From contig JAVZLK010000031.1 in NCBI GenBank assembly GCA_038883795.1, positions 1-18,796 on the forward strand: 18,796 nucleotides of DNA, in the 5' to 3' direction. Under the pieces are notes generated by a model, which ran no database searches, had not been told where the DNA came from, and saw only the letters and a list, made by a program, of their open reading frames with translations. Made by a program: the position numbers and the translations under genes. Shown piece after piece: positions 13,932-18,796 of this stretch. This DNA is from Candidatus Bathyarchaeia archaeon (GTDB lineage: Archaea; Thermoproteota; Bathyarchaeia; Bathyarchaeales; Bathycorpusculaceae). Numbering within the stretch: the stretch's first letter is position 1; every line of letters starts with the position of its first letter.

Positions 13932-16877
13932 TTGTCTAGTAGGGTTACGGAGCGCACGCTTTATCCATTTATCGGCAAGGTTTTCGAGAGATTTGGTTGG
14001 CGTTATTTTCCAGAGACAGGCTTGGATGAGCGTTTTCCTGATCTGGTTCTTGAGGGTGATGGTGCTAAGGTTATTTCTGAAGTTAAGATAGACTCTGAGA
14101 TTCAGTTAACAAAGGCTATTATCGAGGCTGACCAAAAAGCTCGGAAACTTGGAACACGTAATGCAGTTGCTTTACTGTTTCCAAACTACGTGCGGGATAT
14201 TCCACTCAGCGAGTTGGAGCGTAACTATCCGCGAATGAAAGTTTCCGCTATTATATTAACGGATTGGCTTGCTGATAGAAAAGAGTTAACACTGGAAGAT
14301 TTGGCGGAAGCGTTCTCAACGTCTTTTAGGGATTGGCTCCAGACAAGGAAGACTAAAGTTAGTTATGATTTGGTTGTGGATGTCGCCCGCGATTCGATTA
14401 GGGAAATTGCTGGTTATCTGCGACAAAGTTTATCGCAGAAGCCAGTTTTTGATAGTGCTATGGCTGTTGTAGGGCGTTTTGACATTTATAAAAGCCTCCT
14501 TAAGGATTTTTCAGGAGTAAGCGATGAGGAAGCACGATTATATATTGCTGACATAACAGCCTATATTCTTGTAAATCAACTCCTGTTTTACCACATAATT
14601 TCTGAGAAACTTGGCTATGACAAACTACCTGACATTGACCCATTAAATCCACCTAAAGATTTCCTAGATATCCTCGAGCGGACTCTTAGTAAAGGACGAG
14701 AAGCCTATCCACATATTTTAGGTTTTGACTTGTTCCCCATTCTCCGCAGCGATTTTAGAATTGTTTATTCGATTGCTCGCATAGTTTCTAACCTGAAAGC
14801 GTTACGACCACAACATATTAAAGAAGACCTCTTCGGCAGACTTTACCATGAAACCATCCCGCCTGAGACACGCAAGAACTTAGGCGCATTCTATACTAAA
14901 CCGGAAGCAGCGAAGTTATTGACGACATTAGCTATTGACCGTTGGGATGCTAAAGTTTTGGACCCGGCATGCGGCTCCGGCACACTTCTAGTCGAGGCAT
15001 ATCAGCGTAAGGCAGCGTTAGCCCCACCGATGAGTAAAGAAGAACTTCATAAAAAACTCATCGATGACATTTGGGGCATAGACGTAATGCACTTTGCCTC
15101 ACACATGACTTCCATGAACCTCACGGCACAGAACATCGAAATTCCACTACAACCCCATGTCTTGAGCCAAGACGGCATAGAAACCATGATTGAATCTGCA
15201 TCGCGAAGCGAAAAAGTTGACCCACCTAAAGTCGCGGGAGAGCAGACATTAACCAAATGGATAGAGTTAATGAGGAAGGAGAAAATTCCTAGGGACTTTG
15301 ATGTTGTAATTATGAATCCACCATTCACAAGGAGAGAGCGAATACCAGCAAAAAAAGAAGAACTAGAAAAATTAGTGCCAGAAGTTAAAGGAAAAACAGG
15401 ATACTGGGCATACTTTGTAGTTGCTGCAGATAAATTGCTTAAAGAAAATGGAACACTTGCCATAGTTATACCCGAAGAATTCTTCGTTGGGGGATCTTCT
15501 CAAAGTGTTAGAGAATATCTTTTTAAAAAAGGATATGCTATAAGATATATTTTGAGAAGCGCTGCTGAAGTCGCGTTCAGTGAATCAGCACATTATCGTG
15601 ATTATTTAATTATATTGCAAAAAGATTCAAAAGATAAACCACTCGTTCTTTCAGTCTTTAAAAAGAAGTTAGATGACATACGTGAAAAAATCGATACATT
15701 AGGGCTTAAAATCAGAGAATTTGAAACTTCTACGGATAATAGATTAAATTTGGAAGAGATAGTTTCGCTTAAAATATCTAAAATAAACGATTTTGTTAGG
15801 CGGCATATTGGCAATTTAAAGCCCCTTGTGGCTTTTAATTCGGTGAAAGCATACGCTCTTATTTTAGAATTGTTAGACCAATTGAAAGAAAACCCTACAA
15901 TGAAGGATTTTGTAAAAAATAAAACAATCGAAATTAAAGTATACAATCCTGGTCAATTCACTACAAAGGGAGTAGAAAAGTTTGCCCGTAAGCTTTTCAT
16001 AAGCAGATATGGTGCCAGAAGCCCTAGCGCAGTTTTCGTGCTTGATAACGTAAGAAACGGAACTGTTTTCATAAGTATTAGAAAAACAAAAATTTCCTTT
16101 GGACTTCCAACAAGTTCCACGGTGTTTTCATTGAGAACTTATAGCAAAGTGAAACATATAGATATAACGGATGAAGAAGAGCGTGCAATAATTGATGCTG
16201 AATCAACCCCACAAGAAATGCTGAAACTAGTAGGTCTTCTCCCATTAAACAATACTATCATAGCAGCAAATGACATTTACTCCGCATATGAAAAAATTTC
16301 CGGTAACATATTGCTGGTGAGGAAAGCGAGGTTAACTTCGCCGGACTTGTTTTGGACTGCATTTTTGTCAAAAAATAAGGTGCTAGGAACAACCTCAGCA
16401 TTACTTAACATGAATGTAGTGGATGTGACGTTGGGTGCTCCATTGGCATTATACCTCAACAGCACAATCGCCTTTTTGCAATTAATCAGTCTAATGGCCG
16501 AAACGGAGGGCGCATGGGTTACGTTCCATGGAAAACAAGTCTGGAGCCATATTCACATGCCGATGCTTGAAAAACTACAGCAAATAAAAGGGAAAGCTCA
16601 AGAACTTTTAAAAAATATTCATAAAATTGATGTTAAACCTCTTTTTAAGCGTATTAAGGAGCATGACATCGTTCAGAGGGCTATTGATGATTTAGCCTTG
16701 GAGATGCTTGAGCTAGAAGATTGGAAATCTCGCTTAGACGAAATATACGATGCGCTAGCAAAAGAGCTGGAAACTATGCATAAAATCCTAGAAACTTCAA
16801 GAAAAACGTCCAAAAAATCAAAAGCAATTGCTAAGGAAGCGGATTTATCTGGAAAACTTGATATGTGGATTAAGTAG
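13932..16877 (+). CDS. Fused restriction-modification enzyme, Type IIG-like (PD-(D/E)XK nuclease + amino-MTase + TRD)
   Basis: 981 aa; N-terminal FPDLVLE...SEVK, GAFYTKP, motif I VLDPACGSGTLL, motif IV VIMNPPF (gamma order), long C-terminal specificity region. Confidence 0.88.
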   Translation: MSSRVTERTLYPFIGKVFERFGWRYFPETGLDERFPDLVLEGDGAKVISEVKIDSEIQLTKAIIEADQKARKLGTRNAVALLFPNYVRDIPLSELERNYPRMKVSAIILTDWLADRKELTLEDLAEAFSTSFRDWLQTRKTKVSYDLVVDVARDSIREIAGYLRQSLSQKPVFDSAMAVVGRFDIYKSLLKDFSGVSDEEARLYIADITAYILVNQLLFYHIISEKLGYDKLPDIDPLNPPKDFLDILERTLSKGREAYPHILGFDLFPILRSDFRIVYSIARIVSNLKALRPQHIKEDLFGRLYHETIPPETRKNLGAFYTKPEAAKLLTTLAIDRWDAKVLDPACGSGTLLVEAYQRKAALAPPMSKEELHKKLIDDIWGIDVMHFASHMTSMNLTAQNIEIPLQPHVLSQDGIETMIESASRSEKVDPPKVAGEQTLTKWIELMRKEKIPRDFDVVIMNPPFTRRERIPAKKEELEKLVPEVKGKTGYWAYFVVAADKLLKENGTLAIVIPEEFFVGGSSQSVREYLFKKGYAIRYILRSAAEVAFSESAHYRDYLIILQKDSKDKPLVLSVFKKKLDDIREKIDTLGLKIREFETSTDNRLNLEEIVSLKISKINDFVRRHIGNLKPLVAFNSVKAYALILELLDQLKENPTMKDFVKNKTIEIKVYNPGQFTTKGVEKFARKLFISRYGARSPSAVFVLDNVRNGTVFISIRKTKISFGLPTSSTVFSLRTYSKVKHIDITDEEERAIIDAESTPQEMLKLVGLLPLNNTIIAANDIYSAYEKISGNILLVRKARLTSPDLFWTAFLSKNKVLGTTSALLNMNVVDVTLGAPLALYLNSTIAFLQLISLMAETEGAWVTFHGKQVWSHIHMPMLEKLQQIKGKAQELLKNIHKIDVKPLFKRIKEHDIVQRAIDDLALEMLELEDWKSRLDEIYDALAKELETMHKILETSRKTSKKSKAIAKEADLSGKLDMWIK

Positions 16878-16897
16878 CAATTTAACGAGGTTTATTC

Positions 16898-17285
16898 ATG
16901 GACCCAGCAGAGGAAATTGTTAACCTATGGTTAAATCAGCAAGGTTTCTTCGTCATGTGTGGGGTTAAAGTTGGCTATCGTGGAAAGGAAATAGATTTCC
17001 TCGCAGTCGATATTAAAAATGAAAAGAGAATTCATGTAGAAGTCCATGCATCAGTTTCTCCTCTTGCTCCATTAAGACCCTGGGGATCAGCTAAATACGG
17101 TAAATTACCAATCGAGGATAGAGTGAGATACTGTTATTATGACAAGTTTGTAGGCGCAACGGAGGAAGGAACAAAGTAAGCTTCTTAATCGGCGTGTAGA
17201 AGAAACAGTCTTAGAAAAATTTGATGGTAAAACTATGAAAAGTAGCTCGTTCTTGCGCAACTGCATCCTAAAGATAATTCATAGG
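16898..17285 (+). pseudogene. Decayed PD-(D/E)XK endonuclease
   Basis: AEEIVNLWLNQQGF...KEIDFLAVD...IHVEVH to a stop at 17179; protein-like sequence continues in shifted frames (SKLLNRRVEETVLEKFDGK, then YEK*LVLAQLHPKD). End coordinate approximate. Confidence 0.55.
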
Positions 17286-17329
17286 AGATCTCTTGCTTAA
17301 ACCTTTATCTAAAAATAAAAGGGAAGTTT

Positions 17330-18340
17330 TTAGGCTGTTATTATTCCAGCCTTCCGCCTCAGCTCCGTTATGTATTGTGAGTATCTTGGGTAGTATTCAT
17401 CTGCTTTCCGCTTAAGCTTCATGTAATGCTTAGCTCCAATGCTTCTTGGAACCCTCCCCTGAATAAAGTCTGCAACGCTTTCTGGAATGTTTAACTTCTC
17501 GCTTGTCATCATGTCATTAGCAAACTTCCTGAGATACTTTGCCCTCGTATATCCGTGAAGTTGATGCAGCCTTTTCAGCCTAATTTCTGAAACTTTTTCA
17601 TTCAGCTTCTTTATTAACTGATAGGTGTATTCTGTCATGTAGCAATAATACGCTTGTTTTGACCCTCTGAAAAACCCAACAGGGCAGCAGTAAAACCCTT
17701 CCAAATGTTCAGCCTCTGGAAAATTGTTCAAAAGCCTGACAACTTCCACAAGCCTCAAACCAGAATCCAAAAGCAAGTTATACTCTGCTTGCAAAGGCAA
17801 AGGCTCAGAAACTATTCGCTTCAAGTCTGAGATTATCTGTTCTTCTTCTGGCACTTTAATGTCTATGCCCACCTCATCCTTGGGAATAGCTTTCCTCAAG
17901 CTGTCAAGAAACTCTTTAAACCGTCCATTAGGCTTGTTAATTTCTAAGCATTTAAACCAAGCCCGCATAGCACGGTTCAAGTGGTGCCTCTGACCAGCGG
18001 TTAAAGGCGAAAACAGTCGCATAACATCCAAAGGCTCTTTAATAGGCGTCTTAACAAACCTATCTAAATAGCCAATCATATTCCTTGCATTGGCAGGCTC
18101 ATAACGCTTAAACTCAACATACTGCAGAAACAACTCCCTGGTTTCAGGCCAGCTTAAAACAAAGCCTTCAAAGGAAACGCCACCAGCAGCTAAACTGCTT
18201 AAGGCTTCGCAAGGCTTCTCCACACGCCTCACCAGCTCTCCAAGCCTATCCTCGCCTTCAAGGCTTGAAGCTAAAGAACCCAAAGCCCTAGCTTGCTCCT
18301 CAACCCGCCTTTTTAATTGTTTTATTCTGTCTCCGGCCAT
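17330..18340 (-). CDS. int: Archaeal SSV1/pTN3-like tyrosine integrase (possibly the int(C) fragment)
   Basis: LLLDSGLRLVE (R), RGSKQAY (K), AKYLRKF (KxxR), ADFIQGR, IGAKHY (Y): the R-K-KxxR-R-Y pattern of SSV-type integrases; adjacent to a tRNA. Confidence 0.92.
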   Translation of the reverse strand: MAGDRIKQLKRRVEEQARALGSLASSLEGEDRLGELVRRVEKPCEALSSLAAGGVSFEGFVLSWPETRELFLQYVEFKRYEPANARNMIGYLDRFVKTPIKEPLDVMRLFSPLTAGQRHHLNRAMRAWFKCLEINKPNGRFKEFLDSLRKAIPKDEVGIDIKVPEEEQIISDLKRIVSEPLPLQAEYNLLLDSGLRLVEVVRLLNNFPEAEHLEGFYCCPVGFFRGSKQAYYCYMTEYTYQLIKKLNEKVSEIRLKRLHQLHGYTRAKYLRKFANDMMTSEKLNIPESVADFIQGRVPRSIGAKHYMKLKRKADEYYPRYSQYITELRRKAGIITA

Positions 18341-18341
18341 A

Positions 18342-18388
18342 GGACGGCCCTCGCAATGTATTTGGGACGGTCCCAGGACGGTCCCAAA
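18342..18388. repeat. Direct and inverted repeat cluster between tRNA and integrase ATG
   Basis: Tandem GGACGGTCCCA at 18365-18375 and 18376-18386; variant GGACGGCCC at 18342-18350; inverted pair TTTGGGAC (18361-18368)/GTCCCAAA (18381-18388). Confidence 0.7.
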
Positions 18389-18448
18389 GGCCAGGGACCA
18401 AAGAAGCCCATTTCTGGCTTCTTTTTGCTGAAGCAGGCAGTTTTGGAG

Positions 18449-18523
18449 TGCTCCGGGCGGGATTTGAACCCGCGTCTCCGGCTCGAAAGGCCGGAATACT
18501 TGACCGGGCTATACTACCGGAGC
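18449..18523 (-). tRNA. tRNA-Glu (TTC), intron-less, no encoded CCA; probable integration site
   Basis: Reverse complement GCTCCGG TAGTATAGCCCGGTCAAGTATT CCGGC CTTTCGA GCCGG AGAC GCGGG TTCAAAT CCCGC CCGGAGC A: acceptor, anticodon and T stems all pair. Confidence 0.97.
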
Positions 18524-18583
18524 CCTATGAGCCCTTATTTTGGGTTTGGCATCATGCAAATATTTTCGGGTTTCGTTTAAACC

Positions 18584-18796
18584 TTATTCTTTTAGGGCTG
18601 TTTTTAAGCATTCTTTTAGCGGTGCTAGGATGGTTTCTGCCTTGTTTAGGGTTGGCGCATAATGAGCTGTTTTTGCAGAGTTTGTCATTATTGTTCTTAT
18701 TCCGAGCTTTTCTGTCCATGTAACTACGGCGCATGTGTCTGTTAGGATTTGGGCGCCGCTTGCCTTGATTTTATTCATATAAGCTTTAGCCCTTTC
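18584..18796 (-). CDS. C-terminus of host aconitase X catalytic subunit (DUF521; phosphomevalonate dehydratase large subunit family), 5' part outside window
   Basis: Frame open to the right edge (ERAKAYMNKI...); GAQILTDTCAVV...IMTNSAKTAHYAP matches the AcnX DTC..TNSxKxxxY tail. Confidence 0.8.
   Translation of the reverse strand, partial: ERAKAYMNKIKASGAQILTDTCAVVTWTEKLGIRTIMTNSAKTAHYAPTLNKAETILAPLKECLKTALKE

Larger units (their letters stand above)
1..18523. mobile_element. Archaeal provirus (HK97-fold head module) integrated at tRNA-Glu; continues beyond the left edge
   Basis: Integrase next to a tRNA 3' end; portal, major capsid, decoration and prohead protease genes; phage-like early region of small RHH/Zn-finger genes; a host metabolic gene resumes beyond the tRNA. 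Second att site not in window. Confidence 0.92.

Noticed and set aside
12910-16465. Minus-strand ORFs opposite the regulator and R-M genes, including hydrophobic Phe/Leu-rich ones
   Set aside because: Antisense artefacts of A-rich coding strands, not membrane proteins.
18448-18723. 91-aa plus-strand ORF (MLRAGFEPAS...) and overlapping ORFs 18317-18580 and 18552-18734
   Set aside because: Antisense or alternate-frame translations of the tRNA and the aconitase X gene.

Overview
The window is the right-hand ~18.5 kb of an archaeal head-tail-type (HK97-fold) provirus integrated at an intron-less tRNA-Glu(TTC) gene (18449-18523, minus strand), followed by the 3' end of a host aconitase X gene. 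Archaeal origin is supported by GGTGA/GGAGG-type RBS, TTG/GTG starts, TATA-like promoters, a tRNA without encoded CCA and an SSV-like integrase; a Bathyarchaeia-like host is my impression only. From the tRNA inward: a tyrosine integrase whose frame stays open through the tRNA 3' half, a decayed PD-(D/E)XK nuclease, a 981-aa fused Type IIG-like R-M enzyme, a divergent RHH regulatory switch, small early genes, and a two-wHTH putative replication initiator with five internal 11-bp repeats. Next comes an AT-rich six-gene cargo operon (PAPS-reductase-like, TcmP-like methyltransferase, 77 aa, Rad50/SMC-like ATPase, 137 aa, SPL-like radical SAM), then a head module in unusual order (protease-scaffold, decoration, MCP, Zn finger, wHTH, portal). 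The cargo operon is the best candidate for an undescribed DNA-modification/defence system. All family calls come from motif recognition by eye, not database searches.
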